This document shows, piece after piece, positions 31,230-42,473 of a DNA stretch of 64,000 nt (position 1 is the stretch's first letter; each line of letters begins with the position of its first letter). Both the position numbers and the translations under genes were made by a program. The stretch is taken from the NCBI GenBank assembly GCA_977017575.1, contig CDRNVI010000055.1, forward strand, positions 124,001 to 188,000. Direction: 5' to 3'. The notes under the pieces were generated by a model that was given only the letters and a program-made list of their open reading frames with translations, was not told the origin of the DNA and ran no database searches. Source of the DNA: Paramoeba atlantica (taxonomy: Eukaryota; Protista; Discosea).

Positions 31230-32114
31230 ATGCCGGAAAGTCAGCCCTCCGTTTCTGACGTCATGCGTCAGCTGTCGATATTAACTTCGAAATTCGAGTC
31301 TAGCGCGAGCCAACTTCAGAGTTTGCAGGAAGGAATGCTGCTTTTGCAATCTCAAATGGGGCGTTTGGACCGTATGGAAGGCGATCTGAGCCGCTTAAGT
31401 ACGCAAAATAAAGAAGCTTTACAAATGGTGGCGCGCGCGTCCGACTCGCCGTCTGCTTATGATATTTCCATCCATGACCTGCCACAGGAACACGTTTTGC
31501 AGCCGGAACACTGGAAACCCGAGCATTACTGTTCTGACAATTTGCGTCGACAGCTCCTCCAACGCGTAGAGCACGAGGTGCGAAAGCTCTTCGGAAACTC
31601 TGCGGATCCGACTGCTGTGCCAGGAGATTCTATTGGTCTAAAAGATGCATTAGACACTATCCAAAGTCACTTGGAGGCTTGCGACGAGCTGGTGAAACGG
31701 GGCCAGGCAGTTTCCATGAAGTCGATTACTCCGGCGATCGAAAACGTCATTTTCCTCAGATACAAACACAAGTGGGGTCGGCGTGTCGCGCTCCAATGGA
31801 AAGATGCTCTAAAAAGTTCGCCGATCGGGTCAAGGTATGACAATGCTCACGACACCGCTATGGAGTTTTACAAGAACTGTTCGATCGTTCAGGGCGCAGT
31901 GTCTCTATCGCAGGCAAAAAACGGCGGAGGGCGCGGGTTCGCTGCCAGTGGTCGAGGGAGAACCCGCGGGCGCGGAGGGCGCGGAGGTCGCAGTTATGGC
32001 GGAGGTGGCGGAGTGGCAAGAATTCAAAGTTTGAAGCACATGGTGCTCAGATGGCGAGTTCAAACCCGCTCATCGCAATATTCCTGGCGGCCTCACTCTA
32101 AGAGGCTGGGCTGA
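31230..32114 (+). CDS. Gag-like ORF of element #5
   Basis: ATG 21 nt after the A repeat; coiled-coil-like N-terminus; RGG-rich C-terminus GRGRTRGRGGRGGR. Confidence 0.65.
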   Translation: MPESQPSVSDVMRQLSILTSKFESSASQLQSLQEGMLLLQSQMGRLDRMEGDLSRLSTQNKEALQMVARASDSPSAYDISIHDLPQEHVLQPEHWKPEHYCSDNLRRQLLQRVEHEVRKLFGNSADPTAVPGDSIGLKDALDTIQSHLEACDELVKRGQAVSMKSITPAIENVIFLRYKHKWGRRVALQWKDALKSSPIGSRYDNAHDTAMEFYKNCSIVQGAVSLSQAKNGGGRGFAASGRGRTRGRGGRGGRSYGGGGGVARIQSLKHMVLRWRVQTRSSQYSWRPHSKRLG

Positions 32115-32167
32115 GAACCGACTAGGCCCAGTACTCGGAGGACCGTCCCGGACCCTCCCCTCAGGGA

Positions 32168-32458
32168 TTGTTGTTGTTGTTGTTGTTTAACCCGTTTGGC
32201 CATGACTGGCTATGGGTTCAGAGTACACCCTAGTTATTTAGTGCTCGTGCGAAACGGCACCGGGTATTACCGTACTCCGTGGGTGGTACGCTGTAAGTCG
32301 CGCGCAGACTTTCCCAGAGGGATGCCGCACTCGCAGATAGACGAGCAATACCTGTCAGGTTGCGTGGCCTGACTCGTCATCCGTGACTTCAATGCCCGAT
32401 GGATTCGCATCCTAGGGCAAAGAAGTAGTGGATCAGTCGTTATATTCTGTTCCACCAC
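32168..32458 (-). mobile_element. Non-coding retroposon 3' end with an (AAC)n tail
   Basis: (GTT)n at 32168-32187; structured motif at 32221-32277. The 5' boundary is uncertain. Confidence 0.6.
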
Positions 32459-32527
32459 CAGGGATGACTCACGCTAGGGTGTGTGGAGCTTGCGAGGCTC
32501 TCTCACCAGCGGAGCTCGACCACATAT

Positions 32528-32551
32528 AGATACAGTTTCTGTACCTTGTTG
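32528..32551 (+). other. Spliced-leader exon remnant (3' 24 nt)
   Basis: AGATACAGTTTCTGTACCTTGTTG versus the kinetoplastid SL 3' half GATACAGTTTCTGTACTATATTG; not followed by a GT donor plus intron. Confidence 0.75.
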
Positions 32552-32578
32552 TTTTTTTCTCTTATCTTTATCGTTACC

Positions 32579-33280
32579 ATGACGCGACCCCCTTCACATT
32601 GCACTCATGCTGATGCGCCGCAGGACCTTACAGGAGGACCACGCGGCGTTGATATGTCAACCGTTGATCTCTTAGACCATGGACGTCCCGTCGACGAGAA
32701 TGGAGCCCCCTCCGAACGACCATCATGCGTCACGCCAACCGAACTAGTGACTGCAAATATGGTACCGCAAACCCCCATGACCCACGGAACACCACGTAAA
32801 CACAGGTGTCTCAACAAACGAACATGTCTTCACCCGTGTTGTAAGAGGCAACAGCCTCGCATAAACAAAATCGATATTCCTACAGCACCGAACTTGACGA
32901 ATATAAGCACCCCACCGAGATTCTTCGGGAGAGTATATTGCATCATCGAAGCATTACTGGCGACAATATTCATGAAAATACCCTACTTCGTAACCCAACC
33001 TGCATATTGCCGAAACTCTACAGAACCACCTCAAACGAAGCCATGTAAACATAAATGTCTAAACAAAAACACATGCAAGCATGCCTGCTGCAAACGCCAC
33101 TTAGTACACACTACTCCAGATCAAACGAGCAACCCCTACACGGAGCAGACCCTCAAGGTTGCAATACTATTTCATAACGTGAAGTACCTCATGGAACTAT
33201 TCTGCACACTTGTCCACTTAATATTCGCACTCACATGGTATGCGCTCAGTCTTTTGCGAAGTGTGATTATCATGCAGTAA
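32579..33280 (+). pseudogene. N-terminal part of the plus-strand NeSL-like polyprotein
   Basis: ATG 27 nt after the SL remnant; two H-x-C-x2-K-x2-C-x-H-x-CCK motifs; hydrophobic stretches. Confidence 0.65.
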
Positions 33281-33362
33281 ACTGCAGAGATTAAAACAGA
33301 AGAAGATCGGGTGTATCCCTTTAGTGCGCCCAAAACGCACTTCTTCTTCTGACATGCCCACC

Positions 33363-36300
33363 TCATTGGAAGCTTGGCATATACCAGTTGGGGTTCTCCC
33401 GTTGTTGGTATATGTGGAAACTTCCTAGTAGTGCTCGCTGCACTAGTTTTTCCCTACACTTGGAGGCTTCAGCCTTAGTTCCAAAGAGGGAGTTTATCGC
33501 ACGTGCGGAGGAGTTCAGCTTTCCTCTCGCACCAACTTCAAAAACCAGGAGAAAGGTCGACGGATTCGCTAGCCTGCGCTGCGTGTAAAGATGTGTGTAC
33601 TTACGAACCTTCCGTTCGTGGGCGTATTCCAAGTTCTCTTCCCATGGGGATGTAAGTTCAATTATGTACTCGGACCCGTTGTGCAGCCGCACCCATCCAT
33701 CTGGTCTCAGTTCAGTTCCGTGCGAGAGCCAGGGAGGAGAGTTGCGGTACAGGTCCACGTCAAAGTGGTACGAGGATGTGGTGGGAGAGTTGGCAACAGC
33801 GTCTGCAAGGGCGAGTAGTATAAGATCATGGCGGTATGTATACCGTCCTTGCTCAAGGGACACTTTGCAGCCTGTTAAGATGTGGCGCGGGGTCTGGGTC
33901 GCTTCGCCACAAATTGGACATGCGACGTTCGTGTGTGACGATATGCCCCACCGGCGGAGAGAGGAACGCGTAGGAAGTGGAGTTTGAGTGAGCACGGATG
34001 CCGCGAAGCGAGAGAGGGAGGAGCTTTTGACATTACATAGGGCAGAAGCGAAGTCTTTCGCTAGGTCGCTTTCTGTAGCCATTTGAAACCATTCGCAGGC
34101 TATGGTGGTGCGGCGTTGTACTGACTCGATCAAGTGCCTTTCATACTCATCGTTAATTGTTCTTCGGAGGTTATCGGGGTCATCCCGCATATCATAGAAC
34201 CTCGCTGCGGGCCTCACATGTCCTGATGAGCGTCTACGTTGCTCGTTGGCTATCCTGTGTCGTAATGCGTACTGTACCGCTGGGTCACGAGATTTGGACA
34301 TTTGCGAGATGGCTGTGGCCGTACACTGCAGCCAAAGCTTAGAGATGCTCATCATCCGCCAGCCGCGCTCAGAGTAGAAGAGTTCACTTGTGGCCGTTTT
34401 CGCAACGTTAAGCCATTTCCTGATTTGGTTTGTGGCCAACTTTTGGAGACGGAGGATATAGTTGAAAGTGATCCCTGTGTTCACAGTCAGGACGTACCGG
34501 AGACGGGAAATTATTGCGTTATTGTAGATCCACATTTTCGCTGCTTGATCAAATGCGCTTTCCGTAATGTTTCCGAGCCACTTCCGCAACTTACATTGCA
34601 GGGTTTTGAATAGAACTTTTCCTTGTTGTGCCCCAGGAGCTAGCGTCATTCCGAGAAAGAGACTTCCCTTGTTACAGATATGTGGAATTACCTGCCCATC
34701 CGCGACTATGCGAGGGCGATGTGTCTTGTAACCTCCGTTGAGGACTGCCATGTGTTGCACTCGGCACTTCCCGACGTTCAGCCGGAGCCCCATAGTGGTG
34801 AGAACCCGGTGCAGAACGTTGGTCGCCCGCTGTAATTCGTCAGGGGTGCTCGTGACAAGGGTTAGGTCATCAGCAAACGCTTTTATGAAGGTTTCTCGCG
34901 TGTCCCATACAATACCATATTTTGGCAGGCTAGATCGGAGGTACCGAAGGACCACTTCCATTGCGATGAGAAAGAGAACAGGAGATAAGGTATCGCCTTG
35001 GAGAACGCCACGTGTTATAGAGATATCTCCGGTCAATCCCTCTGCACACTTCACTTGCATGGAAGCTCCCGTGTACAGGGCTCGAATGTACGTGATAACG
35101 TTGGTGGGAAGGCGAGCCCATTCCAGGGCAGAGAAGAGCACATAGTGTGGGAGTGAACCAAAGGCATTTTTGAGGTCGTACTGTCCAAGGCAGTATTGGC
35201 GTTTGTGTTGCCGTTGGTGGTCAAGAAGTTCACAAAGCGCTTGGGTATGTTCGATACAGCCATTCACACCAGGCAGGAATCCCTTCTGGATTGTAGTATC
35301 TATTACTCCCGATCCTGTGACATGTTCCTGAATCCGGTGGCTGACAATGCTGTGGAAGAGTTTCCCGAGACAGCTCGTAAGGCTTATGGGCCGCCAGTTG
35401 GAAACGTTCTGCGTAGGGCCACTTTTATGCACAAGAAGGGTAACCGCTTTCTTCCAGTTGTCGGGACAGACCCCAAATTTGAAGAGGTCGTTAAACGATT
35501 GGGCTAAGAAAGGGTGTAGCGCGGGGCAGCGCTTTAGCAGCGCATTGCTAACGGTGTCAGAGCCTGGTGCCGCTGTATGGCGCTTCGATGACACAGCGGC
35601 TGCGATCGTGGCGCTATCTATTGCTTCCCATGTCATGTCTCTATCCGCCTGGGGGCCCAGAAGCTCTTTTGGAGGAAGTCCACATTCTTGAGTTGTTTCC
35701 ATAGAGCCCCTGAAATAGGACTCTACTTCGGCGGGGGCGATGTCTGGATGCTTCCCATTACGTTGCTGTGCTTCTTTTTCGTGGTTATCAATACATTCAC
35801 TACCTGCCGTCCAGGGATTCCTTTGAAATCTTGTGTGGGCCCAGCGCTGAGCCATCTCCAGTCGCTGCGCTTCTCCTTCTGCCATGTAGACCTTCTGAAG
35901 TTTCACAGCCTCTTTCAGTTGACCCTTGACGTGGTTCCGCTCGGCCCGTCCGTGGGTATATCGCAGTGTTGCTTTCAGTTGTCGAACGTGAGTTTCAAGC
36001 TGCTTGGCCGAGCGCTCCGCTGCCAGGGGGCGTGTTCTGCGACGGTTGTGACGCGCGTTTGTTCTAATACGGAATCCCCCGGTTGGGTCTGCCTCGCTGG
36101 CCACCTCGTATGCCGACACGGCGAGACATGCCGTGAGTAGTTCTGCTTGTGCGGTAGCCTCGTCGGCACTCTCTGCGGGACTCAGAAATTTGGTACATCT
36201 TTCCAGTGCCTTTTCCTCCGTGCGCTGCCACTGTGCAGAGGAAAGATGTATCATGATGCGGCCTCCTTCTATGGTGCGTAGTGTCGATAGAAGAGTTCCG

Positions 36301-38099
36301 GGTGTATCCTGCACGTTCTCCAATCGGGACGTTGCGGCCCTCGATCGGTTCGCATTAGCCATCAGAGAGCGGGAAGATCGAAGCAGTGGCGGTTCAGGCT
36401 GGTTCTCAGGGTTCCTTATCAATTGGGGTGAGTTGGGAGTTGGTTGATCGTTCTCATCCCCCGACGAGATCGAGTTTCTCTGACCGGTGGATCGCGTCTG
36501 GCTGCTTGAGGTCGTCGATGTGGTTGTCGGCGTGGTGGTTGGTGTCTCTTCCGTGGATTGGTTGAGGCGAGAGTTTTGACTTCTGGAAATACTGATGTTT
36601 TGCACGGATCCGTCGGGGTTGATCTGTCTCTCTGCTGGGGGTCGTGACCCTAGGAATAGACTTCGAAGACTCCAGCATGACGATTCAGCGGATGAGGGCC
36701 GCGCGGAAACTAGTACTCCTTCTTTGCAGCACTTGTGTAGGCATCGGGCTTTGTCCTGGCATTTATGCAGACACGGTCGTCTATTGACTTGTACCTCATT
36801 GCTAAGGGCAGGTGTGGAGTTGTTAGGAATCGGCAGTGGATCGGGAAGTGCTGTGACATGAGGGTTAGTGTCTTCTAGTGGGGCATTTGCTGCATGGGCC
36901 TCGGTTGTCACGTTGTCAGAGAGCTGCGCTCGCTCATTTTGTGAGGTCCACGGTATGAGACTCCTCAGGGACCAACGGGCTGCAGAGGGGCGCGTTTCCG
37001 AGGCTCTATCGCTGTCGTAGTCGTGCGCACGCCTGGTTTCACGGCTCTGGTACGCACGGGGTTCATGTAGTGCTGATTGGACGGTTCGGGTGCTCCGCTC
37101 GTCAAGGGAGGGTGTGAGAGGAGTTGCCGTTGCCCGTTCTGGGTGAGGACGAGGGGAGATGGGGACTCCCACCTTGCAGCATCGATGTTTGCAATTCGCT
37201 TTATCTCGGCATATGTGCTTGCAGGGCCGATGCGTCACCGAGGTGGGAGGGCTGCTTGGCGTGGAGGGAAGTGGTGCTGGAGTGAGATTTTCTGCATGCG
37301 GCTCGCTAGGGGAGTCAGTTGTGGTTGGTACCTGCATAGCTGCGCTTACGGGTTCAGGTAAATGAGGATTTCCGCTTTCCGGGTCGGTGATTTTGCAGCA
37401 GGGATGTTTGCATCTCATTTTATTGAAGCAACGGTGTGCGCAAGGTTCGGTGCGTGCTGATGTAGGGGCCGGTTCTGCGGGGGTGTTCCGTGTGGGGAGG
37501 ATTCGGTAGGGTTCGTCAAATTGGATTTTCGGCTTGGTCCACCCGATATCTGCGTCTTGTTGTGGCTCAGGGGAGACATGTGATATTGCGAAGCGGGCCA
37601 GTGAGGGTATTACACGTCCGTTGAGTCGTTTTTGTATGGCCCGTCCTAGGGATCCCGCTGAGGAATAATCCTGGTCGAGCTTCATGTCTTTGTCATTATA
37701 CGCTGAGGCCCAGCTTGTGTGTCGGTAGATCGAATATGGCGCCGAAGTTTCGCGGAAGAGGAAGAAATCGCATGCTTTGTGGTCCATAACGTCGTTCAAA
37801 GTGCATCTTTGGACCACGATTCCGTCGGAGCGCTTCGCTCCTGATGAGAGAGTTCGTGCGAGGGAAAGCTCCGCTGTGATTTCCGCTTGGAAATGGTCCT
37901 TCTCAGTTAGGAATAAGGCTGCCGCGTGCGTGTCGGGGAAGTAAAGCCAGTGTGGAGACTCCGAGTTTCTGAGACGTAGGGATACTGCCCGATTCTGGGT
38001 GAGGCGGAAGCTTTTCTCTCGAGGTGGGGGCGCGCTGGCAGATCCTCGAGGGAGGTCGCCTGGCGCTAGGGGGGGCGGGGTAGGAGGGTGAAGTGTCAT
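33363..38099 (-). CDS. Intact 1578-aa RT-RLE polyprotein
   Basis: NWRPISL, QKGFLPG, YDLKNAFGS, GVLQGDTLSP, AFADD; CPICG...HILTGC, GRYTYRHD, RPDG...IIELTSPWE...KVRKY...FEVGARG; three N-terminal zinc motifs. Confidence 0.95.
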   Translation of the reverse strand: MTLHPPTPPPLAPGDLPRGSASAPPPREKSFRLTQNRAVSLRLRNSESPHWLYFPDTHAAALFLTEKDHFQAEITAELSLARTLSSGAKRSDGIVVQRCTLNDVMDHKACDFFLFRETSAPYSIYRHTSWASAYNDKDMKLDQDYSSAGSLGRAIQKRLNGRVIPSLARFAISHVSPEPQQDADIGWTKPKIQFDEPYRILPTRNTPAEPAPTSARTEPCAHRCFNKMRCKHPCCKITDPESGNPHLPEPVSAAMQVPTTTDSPSEPHAENLTPAPLPSTPSSPPTSVTHRPCKHICRDKANCKHRCCKVGVPISPRPHPERATATPLTPSLDERSTRTVQSALHEPRAYQSRETRRAHDYDSDRASETRPSAARWSLRSLIPWTSQNERAQLSDNVTTEAHAANAPLEDTNPHVTALPDPLPIPNNSTPALSNEVQVNRRPCLHKCQDKARCLHKCCKEGVLVSARPSSAESSCWSLRSLFLGSRPPAERQINPDGSVQNISISRSQNSRLNQSTEETPTTTPTTTSTTSSSQTRSTGQRNSISSGDENDQPTPNSPQLIRNPENQPEPPLLRSSRSLMANANRSRAATSRLENVQDTPGTLLSTLRTIEGGRIMIHLSSAQWQRTEEKALERCTKFLSPAESADEATAQAELLTACLAVSAYEVASEADPTGGFRIRTNARHNRRRTRPLAAERSAKQLETHVRQLKATLRYTHGRAERNHVKGQLKEAVKLQKVYMAEGEAQRLEMAQRWAHTRFQRNPWTAGSECIDNHEKEAQQRNGKHPDIAPAEVESYFRGSMETTQECGLPPKELLGPQADRDMTWEAIDSATIAAAVSSKRHTAAPGSDTVSNALLKRCPALHPFLAQSFNDLFKFGVCPDNWKKAVTLLVHKSGPTQNVSNWRPISLTSCLGKLFHSIVSHRIQEHVTGSGVIDTTIQKGFLPGVNGCIEHTQALCELLDHQRQHKRQYCLGQYDLKNAFGSLPHYVLFSALEWARLPTNVITYIRALYTGASMQVKCAEGLTGDISITRGVLQGDTLSPVLFLIAMEVVLRYLRSSLPKYGIVWDTRETFIKAFADDLTLVTSTPDELQRATNVLHRVLTTMGLRLNVGKCRVQHMAVLNGGYKTHRPRIVADGQVIPHICNKGSLFLGMTLAPGAQQGKVLFKTLQCKLRKWLGNITESAFDQAAKMWIYNNAIISRLRYVLTVNTGITFNYILRLQKLATNQIRKWLNVAKTATSELFYSERGWRMMSISKLWLQCTATAISQMSKSRDPAVQYALRHRIANEQRRRSSGHVRPAARFYDMRDDPDNLRRTINDEYERHLIESVQRRTTIACEWFQMATESDLAKDFASALCNVKSSSLSRFAASVLTQTPLPTRSSLRRWGISSHTNVACPICGEATQTPRHILTGCKVSLEQGRYTYRHDLILLALADAVANSPTTSSYHFDVDLYRNSPPWLSHGTELRPDGWVRLHNGSEYIIELTSPWEENLEYAHERKVRKYTHLYTQRRLANPSTFLLVFEVGARGKLNSSARAINSLFGTKAEASKCREKLVQRALLGSFHIYQQRENPNWYMPSFQ

Positions 38100-38145
38100 G
38101 CCCCAATGGGGGAAAGTAACAGTTAGTACGAAATTGAAAATAATT

Positions 38146-38169
38146 CAACAAGGTACAGAAACTGTATCT
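38146..38169 (-). other. Spliced-leader exon remnant (3' 24 nt)
   Basis: Identical 24-mer on the minus strand, 46 nt upstream of the 38099 ATG. Confidence 0.75.
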
Positions 38170-38393
38170 TTATCATAGCATACCTCTAGTTCCAGTGGCA
38201 ATCAACCAGATCTATCTAACCCTCTCCAACTTCAAAACGCCTGTCTCACGGAAATACGATGAACTTTGGTTGCTACTTGGGAAGACCAAGAAGACATCAA
38301 CATCGACCATCATTTTGGAACTTGTAAAATTACCACTACGCATCTTTCTCTGGTACATAGACTTCCTTACCCCCAAAGCTCCAAGCGCGCATA

Positions 38394-41300
38394 ATGTACA
38401 AGCAGAGAATGATGAACCCAATTGTACGAATCCAACTATTGCACCTTGAAAATCGCGCTCCCAAGCAACCAAACTGCGACAGCAAAAACGACGCCGCGAT
38501 AGCTACCTCATGCAGTGCCACTAAAAACGACGAGATCCCTGGATACGAAAACCAAAATACAGAATCTCTGTATCCCGAGGTGCTCGCTCGCCTCCCTTCC
38601 CCACTACCGGTACCTAGCGACTCCGTAGACCATCACATCCTACCGGAAGAAAGCACGGACGAAGTTCCCACCTGGGTGTTCAACAACCAACACTCGGGAA
38701 ACCTAGATGACGCCGCCACAACACCTACTGGACTGAGTGCATCGCTTCAACACAAACAAAATCTTCATTTTGTCCAAAGCCGGGCGCGCCCCTTAAAAAT
38801 AAGAACACTCACAGATCTCACCTGGCGGTATTTTCCAGACGTCCGGGCCGCCAGCGAATCCCCTCTAGTCAAGGCCAGAATTGCTTCTCATCAAGCAGCG
38901 CAAGCGGCACTCAGTAAAATGCTTTCAGAGAACGGAAGCTCCCACGACCTAATTGTTCAGCCAGCCTCACTGGACGAACTCATGGATCACCAGGGATGTG
39001 ACTACATAAGGGTTGTAAAACAAGCGCACGCACAAGAACACCGACGGCACGCCAGCTGGGCTTCCCTCTACAAAGATGATACCTTCAAACTTGGTGAGTC
39101 ATACAGCTCCGCGGGAGCACTCGGCCGCGCAATCCTTAAGGTTCTTGCCGGAAGGGATGTGCCCCTCCTTCAACATCTGCATATTACACTACATAAGCGG
39201 GAGGAAGATCCCTCAGACGTACACTATGAAAAGAACCCGCGCCGAGAAGCATCCCCTCACCGCATCCAAACTATCAGTAGGGCACCTACGAAGCTTAGTT
39301 TGCACCCGTGTCAGCACACATGTCGAAACAAACCGGAATGTGCCCACAAGTGCTGCAAAGTATACGGACCAGTGTATGCCCGGAGGAACACTACGCAAAG
39401 AGACACCGAAGACTCAGAGACCGATGCAGCAGCCATCCAGCACCCGAACAGCCCTCCTCCGGCTGCAGAGTACCCTACCTCCCCCGAGCAAGAAGCCTAC
39501 TCTCGAACCAGATTGCAAACGCAACTTCTCCAGAAGCACGAAGCCATAAGCGGAGGTAAGGTTACGATACGACTAAATGAGGTACAGTGGCGGATTGTCG
39601 AATCGAGAGCGAAAGAGAGATGCATTCAACTACTTACCCATACACCGGATAAAGAGGCAGCTGTACGAAACGCGGAATTACTCAGTGCCGCATTAGCGGT
39701 CTCAGCACATGAAGTCGCCATAGAAGCAAATCCGACGAAAGGTTTCCTGATAAGGACCAGTACCGGACATGCACGACGTAGATACCGACCACTCGCGGCG
39801 GAAAGAACCGTAACCGATCTCAAACACCATTTAGAAACGATGAAACGATCGCTACGTTACACGAGGAACCGGGCGGAACGCGAGAGAACGCGGGCACAAA
39901 TTAAGGAATGTCGCAAAGAGATCAAGCTGAGGGAGGAGGAAGCTACAATGCAACGCAGAGATCTAGATGAAAGATGGGCCGCACAGAGATTCTCTAGAAA
40001 CTCGTGGACCGCGGCATCCGAAACGATTGATAAACCTAACGGAAGAGAGGTAGAAAACACCGCACTTCCCACCTGTGACAGATCTAGCATTGAATCATAC
40101 TTTCAAGAAAGTTTTACCCCCAATGAGCAATCCTCGCGTCTCCCTCCTTCAGATCTACTAGGTCCGACAGCTAGCCAGCCAATGCAATGGAACCCGATCT
40201 CCCATGAGGATGTCACTGCAGCTGTCACAATGAAGCGCAACGCCAGTACTCCAGGAACCGACACGATAACTAACAAAATACTCAAAAACTGCCCATCGAC
40301 ACACGAATACTTTGCATCTGTGTTCAACGATCTAATGACTTTCTCTGTGTTCCCGCTATCATGGAAAACCGCAGTAACCAGGCTGATATATAAAGCAGGT
40401 AGCAAAGAAAATCCGAAAAACTGGCGCCCGATCTCCCTTACTAGTGCTCTAGGTAAAACCTTTCACACGATCATCGCACATCGACTGACTCAACACCTGA
40501 CTGAACACCATGTCATTGACCCTCAAATACAAAAAGGCTTTCTCCCTTCCATTAAGGGTACACTGGAACACACCCAAACTCTTTGCTCACTCCTGCGACA
40601 TTACCAGAAACATAAAACTCAATATTGCCTCGCACAACTCGACCTGAGCAATGCCTTCGGGTCTGTCCCACATCATATCATACATGCCGCTCTGAAATGG
40701 GCCCAAGTACCGCCGGAGGTCATCCACTACATCAAAAATACCCTAACGGATGCGCACATGCGCATTAAGTGCTACGAAGGTCTTACGCAACCTATCTTTA
40801 TACGAAAAGGTGTCCTCCAAGGGGATACCCTCTCTCCTATTGTCTTCCTGATAGTGATGTAAATTGTTTTGCGATATGTCCGATTCTCCTGCCCGCACTT
40901 CGGTATGAAACTCCCAAACGGTCTGAACAACTTCCTTAAGGCTTTTGCTGATGACTTAACTATTCTTACTGAAAGCGACGGAGACATGCAACACGCACTT
41001 GATGCAGTTACCAAAGTGCTGGGCGAGCTAGGCCTTAAGATTAACGTGAAGAGTCGAATACAGTGCATGAGCACCCGTAAAGGCGAGGAACATCCAGGCT
41101 ATATGACAAGACGTCCGGAAATAAAAGTCTACGGAGAGACCAGACGACACATATGTGATGTCGGTAGCACCTTCCTCGGGATGACCTTGGCACCGGGGTC
41201 CCAACAACTGAAAGAGCTGTTTCGTAAACTCGACTCAAAACTAAAACAGTGGATGGAGAACATCACACAAAGTGCCCACAGCCTTCCCGCTAAGCTTTGG

Positions 41301-42473
41301 ATGTACAAAAATGCCGTTCTCTCACGTCTCCGTTTTCAGTTCGTTATTCACCCCTGTCTATCGTTCGGATCCGTGCTACGCCTTCAGAAGCGAGCCACGT
41401 CTCACATACGGAAATGGATAAACATGGCGCGTGCCGGAAGCTCTGAAGTCCTGTACTCTTGCCGAGGCTGGAATCTTACGAGCCTGTCAAAACTTTGGTA
41501 CGAATGCACGGGAGAATCTATGACGCAAATGAACAAACCCAAAGATCCAAATGTCCTACATACACTTCGCATACGCATACAGGAAGAGCAACACAAACGT
41601 CAAAGAGGTCAAATACGACCCGCTACTTTAATTACAGAACATCTGGATGATCCCCGAATGACTCGTCAACGGCTTCGTGAAGCACATGAGGAGGAAATGA
41701 TCACGCGCTTGCAGCAACGCGCGCCCATCGCAGCCCTATGGTGGCAGTTTCCTACGGATCCAGAAATGGCCCAAGAATTCGCTTCTGCCATAAATGGGAT
41801 CCGGAATGCGAAGATCTCCCGCTTTGTAGCATCCGTCATGACTCTTACACCGCTCCCTTCCCGAGCAGCGCTTGTTCAATGGAGCCGCAGCACCTACAGT
41901 AACATGAAATGCCCTATTTGCAACGACCGAGTGCAAACCGTCAGACACACCCTTTCCGCCTGCACCACTTCACTTCAGCAAGGACGATATACTTTCCGTC
42001 ATAACCTTGTCCTTGCCGAATTTGCGAAACATATTAGGGAAGCACAGGGAACTGAGTTTGCATATTTCGACCTACCAGGAGAGCGTAACCCACCAGCTTG
42101 GCTGAGGGAACACGATACACTGCTCCGTCCCGACGGTTACATTAAACTTCACAATGGGACAGAGTTCCTCATCGAACTCACAGTCCCATGGGAGGAGAAT
42201 GCGGAGAACGCTCATCGGAGAAAATCCGAGAAGTACAACATCCTTTTACATACACGGCGACAGGAAAACCCGGACACCTACATAATAGCCTTTGAAATAG
42301 GTGCCCGGGGATTCCCCAATGGGTCATGCAAATATATTAATGCCATCTTTAACGGCGACCATATTTTGGCCACAAAGTGTCGAGAAAGCATGACACAGAT
42401 GGCCCTCAGGGGGAGTTACATACTCTGGGCTCGCCGAAATGAGGCGACATGGTCGGAGGAGGAAACGTATTGA
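38394..42473 (+). pseudogene. RT-RLE polyprotein of the plus-strand NeSL-like element (nonsense TAA at 40860-40862)
   Basis: Colinear with 33363..38099; DLSNAFGS, QGDTLSP, AFADD, CPICND...HTLSAC, GRYTFRHN, RPDG, FEIGARG. Confidence 0.9.

Larger units (their letters stand above)
33277..38169 (-). mobile_element. Full-length NeSL/R2-like RLE non-LTR element starting with an SL remnant
   Basis: SL-like 24-mer at 38146-38169 (minus); intact ORF; possible TSD TTATCAT(A)GCA at 33267-33276 and 38170-38180. Confidence 0.85.

Noticed and set aside
32162-32465. CAGGGAT as the TSD of the (AAC)n retroposon
   Set aside because: Only 7 bp, and the 11-bp match at 50741 fits better. Not fully excluded, so that boundary is left uncertain.
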